A DNA stretch of 64,000 bases, from the IMG/VR virus record IMGVR_UViG_3300038334_000112. The stretch is one strand, 5' to 3'. The translations under genes were made by a program, and so were the position numbers. Origin of the DNA: an uncultured virus (IMG/VR IMGVR_UViG_3300038334_000112). Lineage: Duplodnaviria; Heunggongvirae; Uroviricota; Caudoviricetes. Below are positions 46,101 through 54,297 of the stretch, piece after piece. Each line of letters begins with the position of its first letter. Within the stretch, counting starts at the first letter, position 1. The notes under the pieces were generated by a model. It saw only the letters and a list, made by a program, of their open reading frames with translations, was not told the DNA's origin and made no database searches.

Positions 46101-47996
46101 GCCGGAATGGATGAGTCCGTTGTTGCGTATCCCCTGCCATCCGGATGCGATGTTGGTCTGCAGGGTCAGGGTGCCCGTGCCGCTGGTGGCGGCCAGGATT
46201 TTGGCCCCGGCATCGATAACTCCAGAGCCGGTCGACGCCAGGTAAAGGCGCATGTTCCCGGGGCTGGTCAGTACCGCGGTGTCGGTCATGTCTAACCTAC
46301 TTGCGGAAATATCGACCGTGTTGCCGCCCATTTTGCTCGTCCCCGAGAGCAGGACGTTTTGGGTAGAGAGCCCGTCCCTGTCGGCGATGTTCAACTGGCC
46401 GCCCGCCCAGATGGAGCCCGCGCCCTGGTTGACGAGCCGGGTATCGCTGGAAACACCGGAACCGGAACGGATGACGATGTTGCCTGTGTTGGTGGTCAGG
46501 ACGCCGGAGTTTAGCAGTTGGTACCAGGCGTTCAGATTCATGTTGCCGGTGGTGCTCTTGGCCTGCGCCGCGCTGCCTATGGTGAGGATGCCGGTGGAGG
46601 TGGCGGAGCTTGCGGATAGCGTCATGTCGTTCACGGACTGGAGGCCCACGTTGCCCAGGGTGAAGGCGCCGCTGGTGGCGGTGAGGCCAAGCGTGCTGCC
46701 GGAGTAGAGCGTGGTCGGGCTGGTGTCGCCGATGGACAGGCTGCCCGTGGTGGCCGAGAAGGCCCCGGCCGAGCCGTAGTTCACGCCATCCATGGTCCAG
46801 GCGCCGGTGCCGTTCAGGGCGGCCGTGGCGCCGTAGCGCTTGTTGTTGTCCGTGAGGACCGTGCCCGTGGCGATGTCGGTCAGGGTGCCGAGGGTGTATT
46901 TCAGGTCATTGGTGGCCACGAGCACGCCGCCGCTCAAGGTGGCGCCGCCGCTGCTGGCGGTCAGGGCCAGGTTGCGCCCGGCCGAAAGGTTGGCATCCGT
47001 GGCCTTGATGGCGTCCGCGCCCGCACTGGTGCTGGTGATGGTCAGGTCGCGGGCGGCGGAGAGCTTGCTCGCGATCTCGATCTTGCCAACGGAGTTGATG
47101 ATGAAGTCGTCGGTGCTGGCGGCGGCGTTGCCCAGCACGCGCACGCCCACTCCGGCCTCGGTGGCCTTGAGGTTGATGCGGCCGGCGTACATGCCGCCCA
47201 GGGCGCTGGAGTCGATGGCGTAGTCCGGGAGCGGGTCGCCGCCAGCGGCGGCCAGGGCGCTGGTGGCGCCGCTGTTATAGTCCCAGGTGTTGGTGCCAGC
47301 GGTGACGTTCAGGGTCTGGGCGTTGACCTGGCCCTGGAACACAATCTTGCGGGACACCAGGTCCAGGGTCTGCTGGGCGCTGGCGTTGATGCCCGTGCCG
47401 GTGACGAGGATGTCGCCGCCGTTGACGCCAAATCCCGTGAGCGCCCCGGCGGTGAGGTTCGGCGTTCCGGTGACCAGGCTGGCGCGGTCGGTGTTGATGA
47501 AGCCGCAACCATTGCAGGTGATGCCAAAGGGGTTGGCCACGATGACGGCGGCTTTGCCGCCCAGCACCTCGGTGAAGCCGGCCAGTATACTGCGGTTGTT
47601 GGAGGTGACCTCGTTCAGGATGATTGAGGCCTGGTTGCCAGCGGCCAGGTTGGGGTTGGCGGCCACCACGCCCGCCAGCTGCGACTGGCGGAAGGTCTGG
47701 CTTTTGTCGCCGTTGTTCAGCACCAGGCCCTGGGCGTCGACGTTGTAGGAGGTGTACGTGTTGTGCGAGAGGCCCGCTGCGCTTGGCGCGGCGATATTGA
47801 CCACGGGCACGCCGTTGCCGGCGGGGGTCACGGTCGTGTTCGTGGCGCCGGAGGCCACGGGAGAGGCGGCAAAGACCAGCTGCGGAGGAAAGAGCAGCAA
47901 GGAACACAGGAGCAGGGCCTGGACTTTGAGGCCGAAGTTCAGAAATTTCGTGGCCGTCACCCGCAGTGTCAACCTCTTCGTCAGCACGATTTTCAT
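40113..47996 (-). CDS. TpsA filamentous haemagglutinin/haemolysin-like exoprotein
   Basis: Signal peptide; TPS domain 'NPNL..ILNEV..NPFGITCNGCGFIN'; beta-helix repeats; 'YLGSDYL..KRLGDAGYE'; Pro-rich C-terminal repeats. Confidence 0.93.
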   Translation of the reverse strand: MKIVLTKRLTLRVTATKFLNFGLKVQALLLCSLLLFPPQLVFAASPVASGATNTTVTPAGNGVPVVNIAAPSAAGLSHNTYTSYNVDAQGLVLNNGDKSQTFRQSQLAGVVAANPNLAAGNQASIILNEVTSNNRSILAGFTEVLGGKAAVIVANPFGITCNGCGFINTDRASLVTGTPNLTAGALTGFGVNGGDILVTGTGINASAQQTLDLVSRKIVFQGQVNAQTLNVTAGTNTWDYNSGATSALAAAGGDPLPDYAIDSSALGGMYAGRINLKATEAGVGVRVLGNAAASTDDFIINSVGKIEIASKLSAARDLTITSTSAGADAIKATDANLSAGRNLALTASSGGATLSGGVLVATNDLKYTLGTLTDIATGTVLTDNNKRYGATAALNGTGAWTMDGVNYGSAGAFSATTGSLSIGDTSPTTLYSGSTLGLTATSGAFTLGNVGLQSVNDMTLSASSATSTGILTIGSAAQAKSTTGNMNLNAWYQLLNSGVLTTNTGNIVIRSGSGVSSDTRLVNQGAGSIWAGGQLNIADRDGLSTQNVLLSGTSKMGGNTVDISASRLDMTDTAVLTSPGNMRLYLASTGSGVIDAGAKILAATSGTGTLTLQTNIASGWQGIRNNGLIHSGQDIASINLGVGSEDYGAGTVSAVRNMSLAGFDAMYGNYIAGNDLTIGSDYGQVNLLPNSGDGSPNAMLSAGNDISITGARVRNWSVMNAARDITINASDLFTNAIGDASRWGFRYYDMGTDSLVSSTAYRAQIIAGRTITIAKGSNDYGQNAGIISAPTVNMSGAGIFSNADTIRGTSVNITIANFRNAAGGTSSTGAATGTSPTPVSTPGGVSFGGVVITIPTTPNGVFIPAASPGSHYLVESNPLYTNVDNYLGSDYLAEKYNFKSDEVIKRLGDAGYETYLVQQQLIGLAGTNLLTGYASEKAQMQGLMDHAGSQAKTLGLTYGTALSSTQQANLKEDMIWMVETTVSGQKVLAPVVYLAASTRQMFDGAPTVAADTINMNVASLNNAGTIKGNTINVTSTGDVRNTGGTIKGGDVSLSSTGGSVINEAAVNETVINRGGYVDVQTTAGKGGTITGTGNVSLSAAKNVENLSSTIQGGDVSIKAGGDVVNKTLVLTNVGGTSLRQTTADTGSISATNNLDINAGRDVQNLGAQLSAGKDASITAGRDVTFDTVSLANRDTTTTSDHSFVKNSDSSTTTTSITQVQGGLTTGGNLAITAKNDVTLASANLSAGKDASVDAGGDLNILARSNSLQSLTQSSGSGVGVGDGLLGKEKSTTDAFTSRAVVSNVAAGSITTGSEGNLSLSAGKTVILEGAKVNATGDIKIAAEDVQVLTAKDVDRTTTTKETTSYLAVSKGDSAKSGGTTASGATSGSSAVGGAKADSLASAGAATNYSKDLGGVDFSKTTTTKTFDENIHSVGSTLAAGKGLTITSKKDITLQGADVKAQGEVDLTGQNVNIMAAQDIHTSTSTSTTTKTGLYLNSSNNAGANADAGTTAGAAPGSVGTSADTNANAKAASNNSIDVMRTKTTDTATQDVTNTGTSLASGGTLRINSAKALTVQGSDVSGEQGVDVKAKDMQFLAAQDTHSSTTSTSSTSTGLYVDGASNAGAGTTAGAKASIGANAGAKAEASADAKLSVGVQVKTAGTTDTENTSTARVSTITSGSGSITRTAENKITDVGTAIDAAGDFRQSAATIESRAAENTASKTHSDTTNVGKVGVYAKAQAGATATAGATAGLDGAQAGADAKATGSVGAGVSASYARDANDSSSSASNAVVSTIKSGGKVTSVSAEKTSFEGTQISAGKGVEIEAGSLDFSAAKNTTASSSSTSNVNAQASVGLSRGTGKGVDVDLAAGASGGKAQSDTSTAIAGSISSGDGISIKTKDDTRLQGTNLSATGDTSVAAGGNLILDAARDTTSASASSYDASASLSVGKSSTAGGSSSKGGVQASGGFSNSKSESSTATAGSISSGGTVSLSAGKAATLEGTNIGSGGDTTISATDGVNFSAARSTASSESYGGSASVGGGTGSSTNAQGSTSSKSGNAAVAGNYSSSKDSIAEAGSISSGGNLKIVSNKDVTLEGTNLSAAGKASVLAGGNVNFKAAESTSESVGVGVSLSGSGQKTTQTPAAPVKAPAAPVEGKPVTGGTQGADGSAQSKADLAKWQGQQGSVTQQLKDKQGASGTTPTGIKPALPTTLPPALPGATPKLDLSNTAGAGASGIRTATGIKPALPTTPPPALPGSAAAAAASGQTTGKQISVSASVNVQSKNKTTQTAGSITAGAGGVEIVSGGGDVNLVGTKINTTGDANISAARDVNISATKNTDSSIGVSVSATMDRQSQTPAAPVKAPAAAAPVEGKPVTGGTQGADGSAQSKADLAKWQGQQGSVTQQLKDKQGASGTTPTGIKPALPTSPPPALPGATPKLDLSNTAGAGASGIRTATGIKPALPTTPPPALPDATPKLDLTNTAGAGASSIRTATGIKPALPTTPPPALPGATSKLDLTNTAGAGAAGVAAGTGILLTAPAAAAAKDPNTFGGAASVSTSTAKDPDNTSKTFVGVGVSVSGGTKSDGAAINTGGKLNITSGGKTTLTKTNIKAQGGENIDAVGGVERKAE
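40430..41582 (-). repeat. Near-identical internal repeats in the tpsA 3' region (114-bp units plus a ~350-bp duplicated block)
   Basis: GGCAGGGCCGGCTTGATGCCGGTGG at 40501, 40615 and 40729 (114-bp period); block ~40600-40940 recurs at ~41240-41580. Confidence 0.9.
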
Positions 47997-48006
47997 TGGA
48001 TGCTCC

Positions 48007-49758
48007 TTAGAAGCTTACGGTCAGGGTCGCAGCGAACTGGACGGGCTCCCGCTTGATGGCGAGAGGGACGGAGAGGGATTTTGCAGCGGAAAGCTCGGCC
48101 GTCAGGTGCTTGGCGGCCAGCCGGACACCCACGGCCGCACCGGTGAAGTTGGCGTCCCGGGTGGTCTTGAAGCCCTCGATGCGGCCGCCGTCAAAGGCGA
48201 TGAACGGCCTGGGCGTGAGGCCCGTGTAGGGGATGACCGGCAGGGACACGGAAAGCTCGTTGCGCACGTACCAGCCGCGGTCGCCGGAGAGGCTGTTGCG
48301 GTTGAACCCGCGCACCGTGTAATGGCTGCCCAGGCTGATCTGCTCCGAGCCGTAGAGCGGCTCCAGGGCAAACTGGCCGGTGACCTGGCTGCTGAAGGTG
48401 GCTGGCAGGGCCGCGATGGCAAAGGGCAGGACCACCCCGCCGGTATAGCGGATCTTCGCGCCCTGGGCGTGGGGCGAGGTCACGCCCGTGCCGTCCTGGT
48501 CCACCTTGGCGTCGAGCTGCCGCAGGCCCTTGCTGAAGCCCAGGCCCAGGTTGGCCAGAAAGCTTTTGAGGCGGCCGCTCCAGTTCACGTCGGCGTCGGC
48601 AACGGCCAGGTTGCGGCTGGACACGGCCAAAAACTCATCCGCAAGATAGTTCTTGCTGGCCTTGTTGTTCAGGGCAATGAGCGCCGTGATCTTCTGGTCC
48701 TGGTCGCGGTAGGCCACCCAGTTCACCTCGCCGCGCCAGGTCTCGGAGGTGCCGCGCGAGATGATGTCGCCGAGCGAGGTGGTCACCGGGCTGTGGTAGC
48801 TGGAGCGGCTGTAGGAGGTCTGGAAGGTCAGGTAGCCAAGCGGGATGGAGTAGAAGAAGCTGTCGGAGGTGGAGTCGCGGCGCTCGGCATGGTCGAACAG
48901 GGTGTTGCGGTGGGTGTAGGTGATGAAGTCATTGAGCTGAAGCGGATTGTCCAGGTTGATGGTGTAGGCACCCTGCTGCCGGCCCGTGGACAGGCCGCCG
49001 AGGTTGTCCATGGTGGCGGAGGCGCTCAAGGGGCAGGACGGGGTGTTGGTGATGGTGACGACGCTCAAGCCCGGCTCAGCCCCCGGGCTGACCTCCATGG
49101 TGGCGTTGTTGGAGGCCAGGCGGTTGATCTGGTCCAGGCCCTGCTCGATGTCCCGCAGGTTGAGCGGCTTGCCCGGCACAAAGGGGAAGGCCGTGGTCAG
49201 GTTGGCGCTGGGGAGAAAGGTCCTGCTGTCCTTCAGGATGAGGCCCTCGACCCGACCCTCCACGATGAGGATCTCCAGGCGGCCGGTGGTCAGGTCCTGA
49301 GCCTGGACGTAGGGCCGCACGGCGACGTAGCCCCGGTCGATGTAGGCCTTGAGCACGTCGGCCAGAAGCTTTTCGATGTCTTCGGCGTAGAGGCACCGGC
49401 CCAGATAGGGCGCCGTCAGTTCCTGCCTGAGGCTCTCGGGCAGCAGCGTAACGCCAGTGAGCACGATCTCCTTGATCTCACGGCAGACGGTGCTCTTGGG
49501 CAGGGACGGGGCCTTGGCCTCCGGCACTTGCTGGGGCGGGGTCTCCTTTCGCCGCAGGGCGTCCTCGCGCAACTGCTGCTGCAGCCGCTCCTGCTGCTCG
49601 TTCTGGATGCGCTGGGCTGCGCGGTTGCCCGCGTCGATCTCGGCCGGGGTCAGGGCCTGGGCCGGGGCGCAAGGCAGCAGCACGAGCATCAGAGCCAATG
49701 CCAAGGCAAAGGCGAGGCTGCGGGAGATGAAATGGATTCCGTTGCGGGGCATGGACAT
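48007..49758 (-). CDS. TpsB (ShlB/FhaC/HecB) outer-membrane transporter
   Basis: POTRA 'YIDRGYV', 'LNLRDIEQGLDQINRL', 'TVRGF' motif, terminal F. Confidence 0.95.
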   Translation of the reverse strand: MSMPRNGIHFISRSLAFALALALMLVLLPCAPAQALTPAEIDAGNRAAQRIQNEQQERLQQQLREDALRRKETPPQQVPEAKAPSLPKSTVCREIKEIVLTGVTLLPESLRQELTAPYLGRCLYAEDIEKLLADVLKAYIDRGYVAVRPYVQAQDLTTGRLEILIVEGRVEGLILKDSRTFLPSANLTTAFPFVPGKPLNLRDIEQGLDQINRLASNNATMEVSPGAEPGLSVVTITNTPSCPLSASATMDNLGGLSTGRQQGAYTINLDNPLQLNDFITYTHRNTLFDHAERRDSTSDSFFYSIPLGYLTFQTSYSRSSYHSPVTTSLGDIISRGTSETWRGEVNWVAYRDQDQKITALIALNNKASKNYLADEFLAVSSRNLAVADADVNWSGRLKSFLANLGLGFSKGLRQLDAKVDQDGTGVTSPHAQGAKIRYTGGVVLPFAIAALPATFSSQVTGQFALEPLYGSEQISLGSHYTVRGFNRNSLSGDRGWYVRNELSVSLPVIPYTGLTPRPFIAFDGGRIEGFKTTRDANFTGAAVGVRLAAKHLTAELSAAKSLSVPLAIKREPVQFAATLTVSF

Positions 49759-50145
49759 AAAGGACACCTGTGTTGCGTCTGAGCGCAGAATTATGTTGCG
49801 GAGCGGCCGTGTAGCGCTGTGAGCACTCGTAGTGAACAAGTTCAATTTTATTAATCATTAGAGCATCCCCTGTCTGTCCGGGAAAACCCCTACAGCATGC
49901 ATTTTGTACGGTAATACATTGCGCGACAATTCTGATGGCACTGCATTTTTGTAACCTCAAAAGTCCTGCAACGTAGTGCTGCGGCAAAAACGGCATTTTG
50001 CGTATTTCATGATGCAGAAATAGATCATGGTGATAGGCGAAGACGGCTGCGCAGGAGCGCTGTCCTGCTTGCTTTAACAAGACAAGAACGCTATTGTTTT
50101 TTTCAATAATGTGCGGGCTGGCGTTGGCCGCTCCTTCTGGGGAGC

Positions 50146-52194
50146 GTGTTTGGATGGGTTCGGCTGTGCAAGACAAGACCTTATGAAGAGACCGATCTGT
50201 CTGGACACGCGCGCGTGAGGCGAGCGCTGTGCCTCCTTCTGGCGTTGCTGGCCGTGGCCTTGTGCGGCTGTCGGGAAGAGTCCCTCATGCCCACGGCCCA
50301 GCGGGGCGTGCTGGATCTTTCCGGATGGGACCTGGAGCGTGATGGCCCCGTGCGCCTAGACGGCGAATGGGAAGTGCACTGGAACCGTCTGCTTGATCCA
50401 GCCGGATTCTCCGCCATCAGCTCGCCCGTGCCGGAGCATCTCACGGTCCCTGGCTCCTGGAGCCAGGCCAAGCCTTCCTCCGGTCTCATGCCCTTCACGG
50501 GACAAGCCACCTTGCGTCTTGTGGTGCGCCTGGGCACGGCCCCGAGACTGACCGCCCTGCGCTTGGCGAACATCAACTCCGCATACATTGTCTGGGTCAA
50601 CGGACGGCTTGTCGCCCAGAGCGGCTCGCCAGGCGTAGACGCAGCCTCCGAGGCTCCTCGCCCTTCAGCGCTGGTTGTTCCCCTGCATCAAGGAAATCTG
50701 ACCCAGAACCGGGCAGAGACGCTGGAACTGGTGCTGCAGATCTCCAACCACAACTACCGCGACGGAGGTGTGCTCACCTCACTGCTCTACGGCCAGGAGG
50801 ACACCCTGCTGGCCCGGGAGCAGGTCAACGCAGGCATCTCCATGTTTCTGGCCGGGGCGCTCTTGTGCTTAGGGGTGTACCACCTGGGGCTTTATTTCTT
50901 CCGACGCTCCGACAACTCTCCCATGCTTTTCGGCGTGTATTGCCTGCTGAGTTTTTGCTTCTATGTCTGCACAATTTCCAGCGACTGGGCCGTACGGATC
51001 CTGCTGAAGGATAGCTCGGCCACGGGTCTGGAGCGCTTCGGACTGGCCTGTTTCTTTCTTTCCGTGCCCGTAGGCTTCACTTTTTTCCGCTCGCTCTACC
51101 CGCGTGAGTTCTCCCGCAGCGTTCAAATCTACGCCTTGCTTGCGGGCGCAACTTTTACCCTCGTGGCCGCCTTTGCCTCACCCCTGGCGCTCGATATGGC
51201 GCTGCCGCTGTATTATCTCTCTTCCATTGCAATGATCCTGTATGCCTCCGTCCAGTTGCTCCGGGCCTGGCTAATCGGCCGCACAGGCGCACCGTTCATC
51301 TTTGCGGGTTTCCTTGTGCTGGGGCTGACCGGCATAAACGACATGCTTCTCGACCTCAGGCTGATCCGTTCCACACCCTTGCTCGCGCCGGGCCTGCTTG
51401 TGTTCATCCTGAGCCAGTCTTTCGCCCTTTCGCAGCGACTTTCACGCGCCTTTACCGCAGTGGAGCACCTTTCTGCTCAGCTCGAGCACAAGAACCTGAG
51501 CCTGGAGGCGGAGATGATCGAACGCAACCGCCTGGAGCGGGAGGTCATCAGCATCAGCGAGGGTGAGCGGCGGCGCATGAGCCAGGACCTGCACGACGGC
51601 CTGTGCCAGCTTTTGACCGCAGCTCGGCTGCGTTGCGCAGCCATTGCGCACATCAGGAAGGGCAAGGCGGGGGCCATGGAGCTGGAGCCGCTGTCCAATA
51701 TCCTGGATGAACTGGTGGACCAAGCCTACGACCTCTCGCACGGCCTCTGGCCCCTGGAGCATGCCAGCGCCTTTGCCGGGCCGTCCCTGCACAACATGAT
51801 CCGGCGCTTTTCACGTTCCAGCGGTGTCCCCATCGAGTTCCGGCAGGAAATAGCCTGCGAGACCTGTCTCAACGCGGATGTCACACAGCTGTACCGCATC
51901 GCCCAGGAGGCGCTGGCCAATGCAGTCAAGCACGCCAAGCCCACGCGCATCTTCGTCACCCTGCTGTGCCGGGCAGACGCCACGGTGCTGCTTGAGGTCC
52001 GCGACAACGGCATCGGCAGGGCCAAGGCTGCGGCCTCCGCCAGCGGCCTGGGCACGGGCATCATGGCCCACCGCGCGCGCATGATCGGCGGCGAGCTGAA
52101 CATTGCGGACGCCGAGGGGGGTGGGACCACGGTCGCCTGCATCATCCCCTGCGAAAGGCACCAGCCGGCCGCGGCCGCGAGGCGCAGCCAATGA
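50146..52194 (+). CDS. Sensor histidine kinase (7TMR-DISM-type input, HisKA_3)
   Basis: 'GVLDLSGWD..LDGEWE.HW', multiple TM helices, 'ERRRMSQDLHDGLCQ', 'QEALANAVKH', 'DNGIG'; start uncertain. Confidence 0.9.
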   Translation: MFGWVRLCKTRPYEETDLSGHARVRRALCLLLALLAVALCGCREESLMPTAQRGVLDLSGWDLERDGPVRLDGEWEVHWNRLLDPAGFSAISSPVPEHLTVPGSWSQAKPSSGLMPFTGQATLRLVVRLGTAPRLTALRLANINSAYIVWVNGRLVAQSGSPGVDAASEAPRPSALVVPLHQGNLTQNRAETLELVLQISNHNYRDGGVLTSLLYGQEDTLLAREQVNAGISMFLAGALLCLGVYHLGLYFFRRSDNSPMLFGVYCLLSFCFYVCTISSDWAVRILLKDSSATGLERFGLACFFLSVPVGFTFFRSLYPREFSRSVQIYALLAGATFTLVAAFASPLALDMALPLYYLSSIAMILYASVQLLRAWLIGRTGAPFIFAGFLVLGLTGINDMLLDLRLIRSTPLLAPGLLVFILSQSFALSQRLSRAFTAVEHLSAQLEHKNLSLEAEMIERNRLEREVISISEGERRRMSQDLHDGLCQLLTAARLRCAAIAHIRKGKAGAMELEPLSNILDELVDQAYDLSHGLWPLEHASAFAGPSLHNMIRRFSRSSGVPIEFRQEIACETCLNADVTQLYRIAQEALANAVKHAKPTRIFVTLLCRADATVLLEVRDNGIGRAKAAASASGLGTGIMAHRARMIGGELNIADAEGGGTTVACIIPCERHQPAAAARRSQ

Positions 52195-52829
52195 CCCGGA
52201 ACCACGCCATCGCCGCCCGCATCTTTCTCGCCGATGATCACCCCGCAGTGCTCGACGGCCTGGCGCTGCTGTTCGCCCAGGCCCGGCACACCATCTGCGG
52301 CGCGGCGCGAAGCCGCGAAGAGATGCTCGAACGGATCGACGCCAGCGAGCCGGACATCGCCCTCGTGGATCTGACCCTGTGCGGCGAAAGCGGCCTGGAT
52401 TTGATCCCGGAGATCCTGGCGCGAAGCATTCCCGTGCTCGTCTACTCCATGCACGAGGACACGGCCACGGTGAAGCGGGCGCTCGATCACGGCGTGCATG
52501 GCTATGTCACCAAACGGGAGGCCTCGTCCGTGCTTCTGGAGGCCGTGCAAAGGATTCTGGACGGCGGCCGCTTCATCAGTCCGCGAGCCACCGCCAGCCA
52601 AGAAGCGCCGGGCCAAACGCACGAGCAAGGCTCCTCGAGCGAGCCGCTGAGCAATCGTGAGCGGCAGACATTGACCCTCCTAGCCAATGGCGAGTCAAAC
52701 GCCGAGATTGCGGCCTTGCTGCAGGTCAGCATACGGACCGTGGAAACCTATTTCTCGCGAATCTCGACCAAGCTTTCCCTGGAGGGCATGAAGGAGCTGC
52801 GAAGGTACGCCTTCAAAATGTACCGGTAG
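52191..52829 (+). CDS. NarL/LuxR-family response regulator
   Basis: 'LADDHP', receiver Asp in 'LVDL', LuxR HTH 'LSNRERQTL..SNAEIA'. Confidence 0.93.
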   Translation: MTRNHAIAARIFLADDHPAVLDGLALLFAQARHTICGAARSREEMLERIDASEPDIALVDLTLCGESGLDLIPEILARSIPVLVYSMHEDTATVKRALDHGVHGYVTKREASSVLLEAVQRILDGGRFISPRATASQEAPGQTHEQGSSSEPLSNRERQTLTLLANGESNAEIAALLQVSIRTVETYFSRISTKLSLEGMKELRRYAFKMYR

Positions 52830-53097
52830 GTCTGTGGCACGTCCGTGCCTGCTCACTTGACGGCTCGCGCAGCGGCGAGTTGCAATGTCCCGGTGTGCCG
52901 GGACCATTGGGAATAGGGATCTCTGCTCCAGGCAGGGAGCAGGAGTGCCGTCGCGTAGGGCCAGAGCGGCTGTGTTTCATATCGTCAAGATCTTGAAGGC
53001 CGTCTCGAGCGGCCGGGTGGCTTCCGGTTCATGCGGCTGTCAGAGCCAGGGGATGATCCACCCGTATGTATAAAAAACGTTGGGAAGATTCGGTCAC

Positions 53098-53133
53098 AAA
53101 GAAAAAGCGGTTAGGTCTGGCACCTAACCGCTT
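53098..53133 (-). terminator. Intrinsic terminator downstream of the second tRNA-Glu fragment
   Basis: 12-bp perfect stem AAGCGGTTAGGT/ACCTAACCGCTT with a T run on the minus strand. Confidence 0.8.
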
Positions 53134-53142
53134 GATTTTATT

Positions 53143-53189
53143 CTGGCGTCCCCAAGGGGATTTGAACCCCTGTTAACGGCGTGAAAGGC
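53143..53189 (-). repeat. att site: tRNA-Glu(TTC) 3' half, copy 2 (not an intact tRNA)
   Basis: Identical to 39743-39789; tRNA-like sequence stops a few bases further on. Confidence 0.92.
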
Positions 53190-53391
53190 CGTGCCCCTCA
53201 ACAGGTAAATCAAGCATTTCCGCAACATAGGCCACGCAACTACCCGCCATTCCCTAGCACTTCCCAGGGGTCTTTAGCACCCAAATTGGCACCCTGCCCT
53301 GTTGCACCTTTTCAAGAAAAAGGGGCGGGACAACCCCACCCCTCAGTGACCCGGGCAAACAGTGAAAGCCAGGTCGCGCCTGACCCTCTTC

Positions 53392-53628
53392 CTACGCTCT
53401 CTCGAACTGACTCCGCAAGTCCACTTCTCCTTGGCACGCCACACACCGGCTACAGCCGGGCTTGGCCTTGATCCTGGCCGACAGGATCGGCTCCTCGCAG
53501 CTCCGGCAGCATGCGACCCCATCGATGAACAGCGGTCCCGGCTCCGGGGGGCGCGCGCGCATGCGGTCCAGGGCTTCCGCGCGGATGCGCATCTCCTCTT
53601 CCTGAGCGCGGTCGATGATGTCGCTCAT
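53392..53628 (-). CDS. TraR/DksA C4 zinc-finger protein
   Basis: 'DIIDRAQ', 'CRSCEEPILSARIKAKPGCSRCVACQ'. Confidence 0.9.
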   Translation of the reverse strand: MSDIIDRAQEEEMRIRAEALDRMRARPPEPGPLFIDGVACCRSCEEPILSARIKAKPGCSRCVACQGEVDLRSQFERA

Positions 53629-53891
53629 TGGCAGGCCCTCACCGCCGCCTCAAGCTCGCTTTCGTACCCCTGGCGCTGCAGGCGCTCTGCACGCAGGGCC
53701 TGCATCTGCTGCCAGATAGTCGACCCGAGCGGCAGCGCGTCCACGGCCCAGGATGGGGCATCAGGCATCGTCACCTTGCAGGGCACCGGAACCGGCACGA
53801 GCACGCGCTGGACGGCCGGGGCAGAGCCGGACCCACCGGCACAAGCGGCCAGGGCCAGCACCATGATCACGAGGGCGATCAGCTTTTTCAT
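53625..53891 (-). CDS. Outer-membrane spanin lipoprotein
   Basis: Lipobox 'LAAC', 'VPVPVPC', terminal 'ACQ'. Confidence 0.75.
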   Translation of the reverse strand: MKKLIALVIMVLALAACAGGSGSAPAVQRVLVPVPVPCKVTMPDAPSWAVDALPLGSTIWQQMQALRAERLQRQGYESELEAAVRACQ

Positions 53892-54295
53892 TTGGCACCT
53901 CTCTCTTCCGCCAGCTCAGCGTCAAAGGCATCGCTGGCAGCCCGGCAAAGTTCCGCGCCGGACGGTGGCTGTGTCTGGACGATGCGCTGGGCCTGGGCGT
54001 TCTTCCCCTGGGCGCCAACACGAGCCGCCTTGATGGCCTCGGCTGCCTGGGCCTCGCGTTTCGTGGCCCTGTCTGCCAGGTCCTTGACCGCCGCGTTCTG
54101 CACGTCGGTGCTTGCGGACAGATCCTTGAACGACGCCTGCCATTGGGCGCGCTCCGTGGTCGCGTTGTCGAGCTTCGGCTGCAGGTCGGCATGGCAGACC
54201 TTCCAGCCGGTCACGGAACCAGTACCAAAAACGATCAAGGCCACGATGGCGATGATGAGGATTTTGTAGGGTGTTGGGATCAGATCGGTGAGCAT
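53888..54295 (-). CDS. Inner-membrane spanin
   Basis: N-terminal TM helix and coiled coil 'QNAAV..L'. Confidence 0.72.
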   Translation of the reverse strand: MLTDLIPTPYKILIIAIVALIVFGTGSVTGWKVCHADLQPKLDNATTERAQWQASFKDLSASTDVQNAAVKDLADRATKREAQAAEAIKAARVGAQGKNAQAQRIVQTQPPSGAELCRAASDAFDAELAEERGAK

Positions 54296-54297
54296 GG

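Larger units (their letters stand above)
39743..53189. mobile_element. tRNA-Glu-integrated genomic island without an integrase
   Basis: 47-bp direct repeats at both ends; contains only tpsA, tpsB, a sensor kinase and a regulator. Confidence 0.8.

Noticed and set aside
52830..53097. Integrase remnant at the island end (also checked 39900-40110)
   Set aside because: I could not read recombinase motifs in these stretches; a tBLASTn search would be needed to exclude a decayed copy.
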